From Klebsormidium nitens (taxonomy: Eukaryota > Plantae > Klebsormidiophyceae): a DNA stretch of 64,000 nt. Made by a program: the position numbers and the translations under genes. The notes under the pieces were generated by a model, which was not told the origin of the DNA, ran no database searches, and saw only the letters and a list, made by a program, of their open reading frames with translations. The stretch covers positions 7,755 to 71,754 of the forward strand of contig DF237428.1 of assembly GCA_000708835.1 (NCBI GenBank). Reading direction: 5' to 3'. Positions 24,407-38,500 of this stretch are shown piece by piece (within the stretch, counting starts at the first letter, position 1; each line of letters starts with the position of its first letter).

Positions 24407-27400
24407 TTAGAGTTGAACAGTCAGTGAAGCTGAGCTTTGCTTGTCTTGGTAGACGCCAACGAGGGTCCGTGCCAACTCGTAGACCTCCGGCTTGTGCGAA
24501 ACGACGATGTACTGGGCTGTATTTTGCTCCTGCACCGTGAGGTATCCCGAGTTCTTCGTTTAAGTTGAGCTTTACTTGCTTCGCGATCATTCATGCACCT
24601 GTACAACTTCCCGGATCTTGTTGCTAGCGTTTCCACACCTGACGTTATTAACAACTTCTAAGCATTTCTTTCCATCGGAAAAGGATGTGCAAAGCTGCGA
24701 ATGCATGCTGGTGTCCTACTCAAACCTGTAGCAGTGCTCTTCAGAATCCAATGTGCCAGGCTGCTCACCCTGATATACTCAGCAATGAGGCGGGCATTTT
24801 TGGTGTCGAGGGACCCGTCGATCTCGTCGAAGAAGTAGAAAGGAGACGGAAAGACAGCTTGCAAGCTGAACGACAGGGCCAATGCGGCCAGAGCTTGCTG
24901 ACCACCAGAGAGAGTCGAGAAGTTCCGCCATTTGTGGCGGTCGGGTCGGACTGCATCCAAACGGCGGCAGATTTTGGTTTTAAGCGATCGAGGGGACGTT
25001 TAGCTTTAGATGCTCAGCTGAGACCACCTGTCAAGGAGATCAACTGATGAGAGGTCTCTGCGCGCGACCCACTCAGAAGACGCAAATTCCTACATATATT
25101 CAACACGATTCCCTGTCAATGAAAGGGCATATCAGTCTCTTACCGAGCAAGGAGACCCCGTCGGCAAACAGCACGCTCTTGTCTTCCGTGTAGCTGAGGT
25201 ACGCATCCCCGTGTCTGGTGAGCTTCCGGTAGATGCTGGATAATTGCTGGTTCACCTGCGTGGTTTGGGAGAACCTCAGCTTTCGGGCAAGGATTTCCTC
25301 CGAACGGGACTACATTGGAAAATTTTGGACTTCCCTTTCGTCTTGCCAAAAACGTGTCGAAATTCAGCGCAAGCATGTGCGGTTGCACATCTACTTTGAC
25401 TCCCACGAGCTCAAACTTCATCTTACGTTCACAAGTTCCTCCGCACAGCACGTACCTGCGTCATGGTGCTCACGAACGCTTCGAAGCGCTGGTTCTCCAA
25501 GCTGTCTCTCTGGCTTATTGCACTCTGCAGCTCCAGGCTTAGCTTTTCCAGCCGCTGCGAAGTAGTCGCAAGGGTTTTTCTGCAGCACACGTCTCTTTGA
25601 AGAGCGTCTGGATCGATTGATCTGCAAATAATTGGGATGGAAGTTAATGAGCAAGCCCCACTGCATCATCCCGTCTTGCCAGAACGATGTCACTTGCTTT
25701 ATCAGAGTCAGGGTCAGCCAAATCTTATATTCTTGTTCCAAACAAGGCCTCGCCTGCCATCTCTTAATCCTCGGCCTCCATTTCAACGATTTCAGGTCTC
25801 TTTAACGATTTATCGAATCAACTCGACCGAGTTCATTCAGCCAGCCGTTTCTATTCTCCATGTTGTTTCTTCAAATCTTCACCTTTTCATGTTGGCCAGT
25901 TCCTCTTCTTCCTCTGCCAACTTCGTTAGTCTGTCGGCCAGCGTTTCGGTGTCGCTATCTTCTGATTCTGCTGGGTCAGGGGCGTTTACACGGTCCCGAT
26001 CGTCGGTGTCCGGGTCGCCTTGCGGTTTTTGCCGCTTCGTGGGAGGAATCTCTGGCACGCAGACAAGCGCTTGCTCTAGTCTAGCAAGCTTCTCTGCTGC
26101 CATGGCCCGTTCCGCCAGCAGGTCAGCTAGCTCCTCCTCCGTCTTGCTCTGGAAGAAGGCGAAAGGCGGGCTTCGTCAGGTTAGGCACGGTTTCTGTCCA
26201 TAAATGACCAGAATAGTAGTGCTTAAAGGGAAAATTGACGAGTGAGCGCCAATGAATTTTGAGCTGTTATTGCAAGTTTAGAATGTACTGCCTGGAGTAC
26301 GCTATTAAGTTCCTCACCTTCTCCAGTCGAACCTTCTCCAGGTCCCTTATCGCACTGCTCACAGCTTTGTTGGCCTCCAGTTGCCGCCTTTGCAAAGCCT
26401 CCCTCTCGTGTTCTCTGGAAAGCATAACATAGTTCGTATTCGCGCCTCAGGACTTTCGGTTATCAACATGTATATCGTTCGAAATCCTCCAGCGACTGAA
26501 AGTGACCATTTATTGCTCACAAAAAAGAAGATGGAGAAGCCAACAACGCGTGTGTTCCCATCACTTACAGATTCTTGCTTTCGTCTTCGACCGCTTTCGC
26601 CTCTGAATTCAATCGTTCAAGCTTCTCCTTGGTTGCCTCCACCCTTGCAACGACTTCTCCAGATTCTCGCTTCGGGTCCCATGAAGTTTCTTCTTCTAAC
26701 AAGTCAAGCAACCGGGCTTCGAGGTATTGAATCCTGGAGCGCCTCTTTCTGACATCACTCCTGCTTTTGCGGAGCTTTGAAGCCGTGTGTTGTAGTCTCT
26801 GTTCTAATGCAGAGACTTCTGGGTCATCGCCATGTGCCTCGGATTCCTGGTATGCTTGAGCAAGAGATTCTCTTTCTGTCCCCACTTCGCTCAATTCTTG
26901 TTGACAGCGATCAGCAGAACTGCTTTCCTTAGCGGCTTTTGCCTTGCAATCTGCTGCTTCCTTTTGAAGCGCAGCCAGCTTCTTCTGCATCTGACTCGCA
27001 GTATTGTTCTTCAGACGGAGATCTGATTGCTCTCTTTGTCGTTCCAAAACCCGTATTGCTCCTTGTAGCGCTTTTGCATTCTGTTCTTCTTGAGTGACCT
27101 CTGCTTCCTTGGCAGCAACCTGACGCTTGAGTGTGTCGATATGTTTCAAGAGTTCCTCTTTACGAGTTGTCGTTTGATCTGTCGCTGGTAGGAGAACTGG
27201 AGTCGCTCTAGATCCAACAGTTGTGCCCATAAAGTACTTACTCGAGCCTGTGGCAGTCTTGCATGACCCCTTTGACACTTCACCATCCTGTAAGGTCAAC
27301 CGTAATTGGTTCAGTTAGTTGTTTGACTCGCTTGATTTTGCGGTTCTGGGGTTACTAGTGGGAACAAGCACTTGCATTGGCTTGGCGTGAGGACTAACAA

Positions 27401-30400
27401 CACGTCTAACATCTGAAACGGAGCCTTGTTTTTTTACCCGCATTACATCGGCGGGCATTTCTGACCTCTCGGAGATGAAGGCAGGGGTTCCGGAACGCAC
27501 CTTCTTGAAGATTTCTCCCGAGAGGGTCACGATATTGAAGGGCTTCATTCTCCTTGCCTCCGCTGACTCTAAGATTCTCACTGCTTGTAGAGAATTTGAA
27601 ACGACAACCCAGTTGCCGAAATACTTGTTCACGATTGGCTGAAACTTGTCGAACGAATGAACTTTGGAAGCCAATGGGGTTGCATGAGGTCCCAGAGAAA
27701 TTGCTGACAAAGGCCTTGGGTCTGGCAGCTCCGCCAGAATGTCACAAGACGCTAGCCCAATCCGGTTGGCCTTAAAGTACTCAAGCACCTGACTTGCCGT
27801 GTGCCGGTCCTCGGTGATGAAACTGCAAAGCAATCACATGCGATCGAAGGAGGACTGACACTGGTGCACAAATTTAGTTCGAAAGATTCTAAGCGTGCTC
27901 TAACGTATTTCAACGTCATGTGGTTTCCCTGAATGTGATCTTCTGAGGCATCTAAATGCTAGGTTGCATAAAATGGAAGAAAAAAGCATGATCAGAACCT
28001 ATAGCGGATCGATCTTTGTGTTCTGACCTCGAAGAAAGATTCATGCTGGAAAAGAGAACCGCATTGACCGCCGTGAGAAACTCTTGGGGCGCCGCCGCTA
28101 CGTCTTGAATTCTGCCGAAGAAAGATCCGCCGAAGCAGGTTCTCAGGTCCGACGCCGCTTCGTCAAACCTCCGGAATCGATCGTCCTCTGAAGTTGCAGC
28201 TCTTTCCTTTTGATGCTGCACTGCACTGAGTCTGACCTGCAAGAGATGTTTAGCCTGATTTCCTGACTGATGTTAGTTAAAAATTTCGTTCATGAACACG
28301 TGACCTTACTGAACCTTTTGGCATTCTGCGCGATGGTGGACCCTTCATATGGCCTGAACTGGTGACAGGGCAACATAATAGTCTTCTAGCCCCAATTGCC
28401 TGATGTTTATTCCGCCACTTCTCGCGACGTGCGTCTGGGACCTGAAACACTTTCTTGAAACCAAGAGGAGGCTCGTATGCTCACCTCTAGATCCGTCAAC
28501 TCCCCTTTCAAGGCGGGAAGCACAGCAGTGTTCTTTCTTGCTAGTTCTCCTTCCAACCGCGCAAGTTCCTGGGTCACCCTGGCCTTTTCATCGATTGTTG
28601 AGACGTTCTCCGCAAGTGTCACTGTGACCAACTTTTCCAAGTGCTTCATCTGCAACAAAGGGATCAACAGCATTACGTGTTACCTCTTCCTAGTAAGTCA
28701 TGATCAGCCAGGTTTGTCCCTGATTGCACATTGAAATTGTTGAAATGAGCGAGTTTAACCACAGGATATATCGATGCTCTAGGAAGACAAACATTCGCCT
28801 GTGAGTATTGAGGCAGAAATTTTTGACGATTGCGGCGGTGTTACCTCTTCGTGAAGGGTGCTCAACCGTTTCCGTTCTGCCTCTTGCTTCTTAAACAACT
28901 CGTTCAACCGGCTCTGCAAGGAAAAATAAGCATGATGAGATAGTTGCACGAGGAAAGAATCTGGTGTTTTGCTTGAGAAAGTGGCGGAGATGCTTGGAAG
29001 CACTTTTCAACATGTTGATTTGGTAGTTGGGGCAGCAGATTTACCTGCAGGCTGTGTGCACGTTTGTCGATTGCCGCAATCTTATTTCCCATCACATCCA
29101 GCTCTATGCGGCTGCCTCTTGCTTGATCAGCATATTTGTCGTGTTTCCTAAGCTGCATCTCAAGTTCCTGACACGTTTCCTCCGCTTCAGCTATATCCAA
29201 TGAGGATGCTTCGAGACATTTCCTCTCTCCTTCCAGTTCTGCTTCCCACTTCTCTCGCTTCTTCGCTCGGCTTTGTTTCTGCTTTTCTTGTAGGAGTCTC
29301 TTAGAACGTGCTTCTTTTTCGGCTTCGGAAAGCTGCACCTGCAAGTTTGACGCCAGTAGAAACCACCGTTTTACGTTTCCACTTCGAAAATTAGCTAGCT
29401 CTGGAGAAACGTTGTTGAAGCAAATTCAATTGGATTCTGCTGTGTTTCTTGGGTGGGCCAGCTTGTAGCATGTGCTTCTTCATCTCCTTACAGCACTACA
29501 GATATTGGTCCTAATGCACAGCGTTGCGCGCTCACCTCGGCTTTCACGACCTGGAGCTTCAGGTGCTCCAGAGACTTGTTAAGGTCCTTCAGGTGCTTGT
29601 GATGATCTTCCAAATTGCGTCGGAGCTTTTTTTCCGTTGCTTGCGCTTGGAACAAGAGTTTTCGTCCATCCTGTCTGTGAAGTCAAGGAATGGCATGTCG
29701 TGTGTTTCTGTTCAAGGCCAACGACTTGCAGTGAGAGAGAGGAAACTTGACGTTCAAATACCACAATTGTATGCGAACGCAGAGGGAACATGATACCTTC
29801 TCTGCGTTCTCAACTTTTAGCAGCCTTGCTTCGTCCGTATCGACAGACTTGTTCAGGTGAGCCATCCGGGTGTTGATAGCTTCGGCTTGTGCTTTGAAGA
29901 GCTTGTTCTGTATATGAGTAGATGAAGATAGGAAGAGGAACCCGATCAGCTGTCGTATAACTATCGTGCTCGTAGAGGTACGTCAGACGCTTGCTTCAAC
30001 AGGGTTTCTTCGCAAAGAGATCAAACATTTTTAGCAAGTCACCCATCCCCAGTCGAAGGGAACGAAGCTTACCCTCTTTTGTCTGAAGTCGACCATCCGA
30101 GAGTTGTACCTGATCGCAACAAAAAGTAGGAATGAGTTGGGTCTCAAAAATGGTCTTTAGTGATGCGACTTTGCGTGCAGCAAGTCAATCATCTTTCGCA
30201 TCAATGGACGAGAAAAGTTTTTCATGGTCGTGCAGCCAATATTGTTGGGATCCGTACCTTTCCCACTTCTGCACCTGAGGAAGAAGCTGCTCTCGCTCCT
30301 CCTCGATTAAGGAAACGTCTCCGTGACAAGCCTCAATCTGCTCCGTCAATGTGTGAATGGAGCTTTTCAGCTGCAGGATCCTCTCTTCGAAGTGATCAGT

Positions 30401-32236
30401 TCCAATGAGATGTTCAAGGTTCTGCAAAGAGAGCAACGGCATAATATTAGTTTGACGAAGCTCAAACCGTCTCTTGGTGAATTACGACGTTCAATATGCC
30501 CGAGTGAGATCGGAGTTCTTAGCGAAGCTAGGAAGTCTTGTATCCCTGTCCTGGAACTTGCAGACCAACTCTTAGATTGAAAAGAAACAGCTTCAGGTCA
30601 GTAATCACAAACCTTTGCCAGAAGAGAAGGGTTCTGGACATTGACAGCCTGCCGATTCTGCATCACGATGAACCTGCACGAAGCAGCTGAGTATGTCATT
30701 GCTGCCTCTTGATCTGCGAACCACAAGCTGCTGCCCACGTGTTGGATCTTTGATGCTGCGCCAGAAATGGAGGAAACGGCTTTTTTATTCGGCATCATGT
30801 TCGCTTATGCCTTCACATCCTCTATGTAGAGCTTCTTGCCGGTCAAGGGCTAGGTCAGAGCGTAAAATTCTCAGAGAGACCTGGCTCATGCGCTATGGAG
30901 AATTGCCGAAAATCTTCTCACCTGTCTATAGCAGCGATTGGGACGTTGTGCGCGGACCTTAAGAAGTCGGCTAACTCGTCTTTGCTCATCTTTCTGCATG
31001 TCATAAAAGTCCCCTCTTTAGACAATGGTTTTCTTCCGGGCTCCGGATTCGTCTCGATTATCGTTGACATGCTTGATCGCTAACCATATTGGAAGATGGA
31101 AAGCAGACTTTACTAACCTCTCGGGTTCCTCAGATAGACCTGAGACAGAGTAGGTGCTGGTAGTTCCGTGGAGGGTTCTTTTGATTGCGAGCAAGTCCTG
31201 CCCTTCTGAATCTTTAAAGTTCAGCTTCACCTGCATGAAGGTCGTTTTGAAATGCTAGTCGAATGCTAAAACGTGCATTCGACCATTTGCTCATGTAAAC
31301 GCTAACGAACTTCTGCTGCTTCTGCATTGCAGGACTGGATCTCGGAAAACTTCATCAAGAGTTCCATGTATAGTGGACACCGGAAATAAGAGGTCGCGCA
31401 CGTGAAAAGAAGGCAAACAGCTTCAAACTCTGTAAGAAGTAGGGGATTTCCTTCTTCCTTTTTGCAGTTTCCGTGTCAAAGACCTCTCCAGATCTTCAAT
31501 AACTCGGAAGGAGAATAACCTAGACTCGCAGAGAGCTATACGTCTTACCAATTCTTGTCGAGATTGCGTACTACTTTACCATTCGGTCTCCGTTCAAGTC
31601 TGCAAATGCTTTTCAACTTACAGACCAGCTTACCTCTGCATTTCCTTGATGTCCAGAAGATAATTGGAGAGAATCATTCACCAGAGCCGCAAGATTTTTC
31701 GCTCGCATATTCTTTGTTTGGCCACCAAGAGCGAAGGCAATTGCTTCTCCGATCACGCTTTTTCCGGTGCCGTTCTTCCCAACCTGTTGAAGGCAAGAAT
31801 GGAGTTATCTGAGATAAAATATTCCCGTAAAGAACTTGTGCTGACATTTGGAGGATGATCAAAAGCTTCCTATGAAGTAGCGCGAAACAAAGTAGCAATT
31901 GTATACACATTCTTAGAGATCAATTTCATGAAGCTATATAGAGCAAGGGTTTCTTAGAGTCTACACAACAATCAATTCTTGTGCTACAAACACCAGAGAA
32001 CGTCAGCAGGATTTGACAACTCTCACAATGCAGGTAAAGCTCGAAAGGGGTCCGATCTGTGCTTTGTCCCTGTAAGATTTGAATCCTTGGATGTCGATTG
32101 ATGCCAGTCGAAGCTGATTTGTGTTCGTTGGTTTGCCAGCTTCAGCTTGGTCTTCCTCGCAAGAGTTATTCGTTGAGGAAGCATTCCCCGTCCTCTTTTC
32201 TTTCGCCACAACCAAGCTTTGTGGTGAAGCCCCCAT
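24407..32236 (-). CDS. Divergent SMC-family ATPase of the SMC1/SMC4 group (head, coiled coil, hinge, coiled coil, head); multi-exon with short introns
   Basis: Exon 1 (32236-32027) LASIDIQGFKSYRDKAQIGPLSSFTCI joins exon 2 (31783-31634) VGKNGTGKSVIGEAIAFALGG...MRAKNL (Walker A). Q-loop exon RFIVMQ near 30670. Hinge-like segments FGGSFFGRIQDV...AVNAVL, FITEDRHTASQVLEYFKANRIG and NIVTLSGEIFKK|DGEVSKG at about 28150-27270. C-terminal head: RPDRHKWRNFSTLSGGQQALAALALSFSLQAVFPSPFYFFDEIDGSLD. Last exon (24529-24407) EQNTAQYIVVSHKPEVYELARTLVGVYQDK...*. Internal coiled-coil exons were not all phased by hand. Confidence 0.88.
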
Positions 32237-33645
32237 TTATTTTGTTTGGAGCTACCAAAGCTGCAGCCGATCCAAGATGACAAAGTCCTCAAAACGATAC
32301 TGCCATATCTAGCTGTGGCTCTGTACTCCGGTCTTTGTTCCTCTTTCAACCTGCTTTTCCCCTAGAACCTTAAAGACGTACAGCATACATCATCTGCTAC
32401 TTCAATGATCCTGATCGGGCTGGTTAATTGCTTACTTTTGGCCGCCAAGTATCCACTGCATTTACTTGTACCTACTGCATATGAACAGGAAGATGATCAG
32501 GGGCGGGTCAAATGTTGCTTGTGACTACATGGGGACTACATTGGCGCTGCAGATCAAGAGCCAGCAGCGCGGCAGAGTCACCCCGGAAACAAAGCTTACA
32601 TGTGCACGCTATCTAGGCCAAAAGATCAGAGCTAGGGTTGGTGTTTAAGCGTTCAGAAGGCTGACGGCGATCTTTGGGACTTAGTCGCACCCTCATCAAC
32701 CTTTTTCCAGACTGATCATACAAATCGATGAGTTCGTAGGGTGTGATATTGCACAGCATTGCTAGCACCGCTTCCCTTTCATCAGACTTGGTAAGATAGT
32801 ATGTACAGCAACGGAACAAGAGGGAGCGCGCGCTCGCACATCAAGATCTGCCGCAACGTAAGCTAAGACCGTACGAGACGTAGCCAGCCCATACGGGATG
32901 TGGCAAAGTCATTGTGGCTCGCGGAGATCATCTGGCGTTTTTACATTCCAGTCGTTCCGAGAAAGGTTGATTTTTGACTAAGCGTCTTAAGACTGTTCGC
33001 ACAAGCTGGCTGACTGTCTTCTTCTTTGGGGTTCATAGCATGCGATGCCAAGCTTTTGGATGTCAGAGGCGCAAGCACATTGCGACGGCCACATTGCGAA
33101 CTCGTACCAACTTCATTGAATGTTCAATATATGCTAAAGGAACCAGTCCGGCCGTTATGACCGCACGAATTCTGACTAAGAATCACATATACTGACAGAA
33201 AAGCTGGACGTTCAAGTCTTACCAATGCTATACGTCTTGCGATTGCAGCATTTCTTCAGTTCGATACTGATATTTGTGTGCCCCTACTGCATGCTTTGCT
33301 GACCTTTATCGGCGTGGAGTTTCCACTTTATGGGCAGACCAATGTTATGGTAAGCTCTTTCAAGCCTGCTTAAAAGCACTCCAGTAGCTTTTATTGCGAC
33401 AGTGATCTCGATCCTCTCTATGACATTGCTACTTGGCTACGAGCTCGTCAGAAACTCACTGCGAGCATAAACAATTGTACCGGATTCAACGCTTTGCGAG
33501 ACGAGACTGAACGACTTGGCCTACCCGATCACCCACGGTTGGGCTGGGTGTTTCTAACGTAAGGCCAGTTGACAATTGCCGGTCTTACACTGATTTAACA
33601 ATACAAAGTCCTGATGGACAGCTTATATCTGTGAATCAAACTTTC

Positions 33646-36600
33646 TCACGGCGGCAATCCTAGTACCTCGCGCCGTCTCCGCCGGTTGTGCCCCCGGTTG
33701 ACCCCGCGAACTTTTCGACCGATCGCTTGCCAGATCATCTGCTCGCTGCCAAACCGTTGAGGGGGGTAGCCGTACTCAAAGTACTTGTCCACCTGCAGGT
33801 TGTTGAGAAGACTGGCTAAAATACCGAAATTGAAATCTAATTCACGGTTTGCAAGAAAGTCCAAGAGGGATAATTAGCAGCTTTATCCTTGCATTTTCGG
33901 CATTGGTGAAGTTTTGAAATCACGAGAACGAGAGAGAACTAAGGAGAGTTGCCGTACCGAAGAGATCGATAGCGACAGCATCATTGTTCAAATCACGCGC
34001 CAAGAGAAGAGTAGGTAGGTGCTTTAAACAACGCATGGCTCGAGGCGTTCACTGATTCGCCTCACGGTGTTTCCGGAACTTATGTATTGATCTCGAAAGG
34101 GATGCTCCTGTCGAATTCTACAGCCAGTTTGGAAAACCGGCTACCACAATCACCATGTGTGTGTTGCGCAAGCTGTGTCTAAAGAGGCGCGAGATTGACA
34201 GATTATCTTGGTCATTGTCAGCAAACTTCGTCGCTCCTTGAGCGTCAGATGCTGACACGTGTCGCGTCGACGTACCTCCTTCAGGCGCTGCCACATGGCC
34301 TCCCACTCTGTTTGCGTGACATTCCGCAACGTCCCGACCAGATACCCCGGCTGAACGGCGCGTTCCGCCGGAACGAAGATCGCGAACCGGGTATAATCGA
34401 GAACGTCCTCAAAGGGCAGCTCGAGTTGGTCGCTCACCACAACCGGGACGCAGTGACTAGCGATGGCGTCGAAAAGGCGACACGAGGACGGGGTGTCACC
34501 TAAATTAAGAGAACCCTGTTTAGCGCGATTGCTGCATCCTCCTCAGATGTAATCAAGAATAGCCTTCTATGCCCCCGCTCACGCAACCGGGGCGCGGTGG
34601 TTTCCAATGGCGTTGAACACCAGCATGAAAAGACGTGTTCGCAAGGTTCTGGTGGTAGTATGGAAATTCCCAACTCGCTTTCTCTGATGTTTGGAAGGCT
34701 TTCTCTGGATGTTTGGAAGGAGCTCAAAAGTTTTCGATGGTTAAGAAGCACTGAATAAGACGGCAATTCAGTAGCTTCCTCATCTTCGGTCGCTCTAACT
34801 GGTTGGTTCAAGAATGAGAAGCTGACAGATTCACCCCTTCCGAGGAGTAATTGGATTCTACCTATTTCCTTTCCGGCGTCTTCCTCATAGTGGCACAGAC
34901 CGTTTGCGGTTCCGCCGGAACTCACCCGCGGGCATGAGGCAGAAGCGCGAGTCGCGCATCCGTGTCGCCGCGTCGGCCACGCCAACCGAGCTGGGCCGCC
35001 CGGGCTGCATCACGACGCCCGTCTCCCGGCCCAGCACGCCGAGCAGCTCCTGCCGGACGGCGCCGCCCTGGAAGGAAAAAGAGGGCGACCGTGAGAAACT
35101 TGTGAATCGACTTGTTAGACAGAAGGTACTGCAGGTCTTTCAAATCGGGCCGTCTGCGCAACTCGATTCCGCGTCGTATAGAGATTGTCCGCCGTTCGAG
35201 TAAGCAGATGCACGCTCCGGATGGCTTGAGTATTGCGAATGTGCAAATCGAAGTCAAAGGGAGCGGCCAAGTTCACAGAACCTGTGCTACAAGATAAAGC
35301 GGGGTTCGGACCGGATGAGATATCAAGGGGATGGTTCTGACGACAGGATTTTGCGAGGATCAAGATGGTGGTTCGGCATTGAACAAGGGCGCGCGGTGTT
35401 TTGGTGGCAGAGTTGGCGGAGATTTTGAGAAGTTGGAAGCAAGAGAGCTTCGGAAGGCGTGAAGGCACCGGCAAAGGTGAGACATCTCGTGCACAGATCG
35501 ATGCCGGCCTCACCGCTTTCCGCTGCAGCTGGCCCTGAAAGAAGAGAAGGCTCTTGCGGGCTTCCCAACCGGCGGAATCCTCCACGTACGTGGGCACCAT
35601 GTGCTTATACGGCGCGACGATGTCCTTTGCTTCGTTAGAGACCTGCGAGCCAGACCAGATTGTTGACTTACGATGTGATCGTATCCCAGTTATTGATTGT
35701 ATCCAAGTTGTCAATCCAGCGACGCGGAAGAGGAACTCTACGCTCGGAGGTCACCCATGAAAGGAGTACAGACGTCAGGCTTCGGGCGACTCTATGGCGA
35801 GTTGTGGAGTAGTCGACCCGTTGCTTCGGCCGTCTTGCGAGAGCAAGCGTGCACGCCCCCTTTATAACAGCGGCTTCATGAGCGGGACGTTCGCCCCAAT
35901 AGAGACTTTTTCGTTTTCTTGTGTGTTAAAAACCCCTTCGTGCGACTGCCGAGCTCGCAACCGCAAAGATTGGCAAACCTTGGGTGCCCTTCGAAGTGAG
36001 AAAGAGTCCCTGTGATCACATGCATCTTGTATCATTCAAAAGTCTTTCCCTCTCACCTTTCGCGGCTGGCGTCCGAAGTCCGCCACAATGAAGCGCGCGC
36101 TGCGCAGCATGTGCGCGCACAGATTCAGCGCGTTAGGATGGTGCACGGGGATCACGTGGTCCGAGCCGCCGGACGCCTTCCAGGGGGGCTGCTGCGTCAG
36201 CCAATCAACGAAAGCCAGCTGTACGCTCCTGCAGGCCGAATCTTGAATCTCACAGACGGCACGGAAAATATCGAAACTTGGGGGGTGATCCACTTGAGGC
36301 TATGATTTTCGCCAACGCTTGATTTTGGCGAACGTCGAAGTGATATGCGTCTTCGCGAGCATACAAGGAAGGAATGAGGTACTGACAATTGAATTTGTAT
36401 CTCTTCTTCCGACAGAAGCCGTAATATTTATGTGGGTATTCAGAAGATAGATACGAGGTACTAGAAGAAGAGCATTTGACAGACAGCGGACAAAGTCTCG
36501 ACGAACTACAAAGCTTGGGCGTTCTTCATTTCGAGGCCAAACCATTCAACCCGAGAACTTTGTGCTTATCTCTATCCCAAGATCCATAGTAGAGACGTTG

Positions 36601-37517
36601 GCCCTTCTTGAAGGAAGAGAATCTCAACGATCTGTGAAGGAGGAAACAGCGAAGGACGTGATCGAAACCTACGTCATGTAGCTTCCAAACTGCGCAATGA
36701 TATCATCACCAAAGTCAGCTCGATACGGTCCTCACCTCTGTTCCATGATGCTTCTGTGCGAGTTTCCGTTGTAACTCAGGCTCGAGAAGAACGGCACAAA
36801 AAACACGTCAGCATCTTTTGGGTCCGCCACCCTGACGGCCGCTCTTTCCCAGTTCGCTCTAGTTGCATTGTGGTGCGCAGCTGACAGTAGATCCAACGTC
36901 AGCCAGAAAGCGATGCTGTGCTGCTTTCTTGAAACGCTGCCCGGGTACAAAGGATAGCTGATTCCACCTATGTTCACGCCATTGGTAGTGTTTGAGAATC
37001 GAGAATGTTCCCAACTTTTGTCTATTATGCCCCAGTTGAATTGCGCCGGAAGATCGTACATGTAGACTCTCAGCGGGCCTCCCAACTGCTCAGCAGAATC
37101 TATGCTGTTTTTCGCTGACTTTGCAGGACTGGTCATTTGTAGCAACTTGGAAACGATCCCCGCGATCCCCGCCCGCCCAAACGGCCAGCCAATCCCAGCA
37201 GGCCGCACCGTGGTGCTTCTCTCAAACGTATACTTATACTCAATGACTTCTCTCCCTTCCAACATTTCCCCGCCCAACTCCTGCCCGACCCCACCAATCC
37301 TTGTCCCGTATCGCCGCGCTGACGTCAACCTCGGCTCCGCTGACGTCAGCCAGCTTGCCCCGCCCTCCTGCGCGCGCGTCACCAGGTCCCGGTGTGCGGC
37401 AAAGAGCATGAACGCCAGCGGGATGCTCAGGGCCAGTGCAATGGCGTAGAAGCGACCCACGGGGTGGAGGGCTCGCAGTTGGCAGTAGCGCAGCCGCCAT
37501 TGGAAGAGCTGAGCCAT
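33646..37517 (-). CDS. Exostosin-family glycosyltransferase (CAZy GT47, ARAD-like), type II membrane protein; 6 exons, about 531 aa
   Basis: Exons: 37517-36736, 36228-36057, 35642-35514, 35067-34926, 34499-34276, 33792-33646 (1596 nt, phases close). N-terminal TM (FYAIALALSIPLAFMLFAA). Motifs [88 protein letters not shown]. Confidence 0.92.
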
Positions 37518-38500
37518 GGTGACAGGGGTTCTGCTAACATCAACACATGATCCCTAGCAGTATGTTCCAAGGGCGAGGCTCCTTTTCAAATTGTGGCAGC
37601 TCGTCGTTTGACTCTTCCCTTATATCAAGGCTGAGGATCTTGGCAGGAGTTGTGAGTAGGCCCTAAGGTATGCTAGCACAGAAGTAGCTCCGCAACACTT
37701 TGAAACGAACGATTGCGGTCAGTAGACGCCCCCTGAAAATGCCGATGTAACTGCTCAGCTTCTGTCCAGCTCAGCCAACTCCCGTCAAGACTGAGCTGCC
37801 TTCCCCGTTGAACAACGCACCAGGAGCCGATTGCCTCGAGCTCGTCATGTCTTCTCAAAGCTGCAGCTGTTCGTGCCACTCAAAGATACAGAATCGATGC
37901 AGAGGAACGAGGCTCCCCTTCTGTTCATAGTATGCAGATCTCAGATCGCTCCCTTAGCAGCGGCTTTCCAGGCCCCCCGGACTGTCACATGTGCCACATG
38001 TCTCCTGGGCTGTACCACCTTCGTTCTTTCCAACGAAATTCGGGCGGAGCTGACCGATGCGACTTCTGCAGTAGGCTATAGCAGACACTGCCGGAATCAA
38101 CGATTCAATCCGCTATAGCCTTCCGATGAACTGAGCTCTACTAATACCTAGGAGTAGCTAAGCCTAGAGCCACGAATGCAGATTCTCCATTGTCCGAGTC
38201 GATCCAGCGCGGCTGCTCTCCAGCTGGTCTGACAAGATTCTTGAAAGCGTCAGATCACGCCGTGCAAGTGCGATTCAAGAGTGTCAATGGAATGCATATG
38301 CCCTTCTTCAAAGAGCCAGCATATGCGTATATGCAAGGAAATATATTGGAGGCATAGTGATTCAATGTTCACATCAGGTATGACAACCTAGACCCTAATT
38401 TGGCTGCTTTAATTTGACCTATAGTACCTACCTAGTTCCCCAGTAGCTTAAAATGCATTACCGGTACCTAATGGTACTGCTAATGGTACTGCTTTGATCT

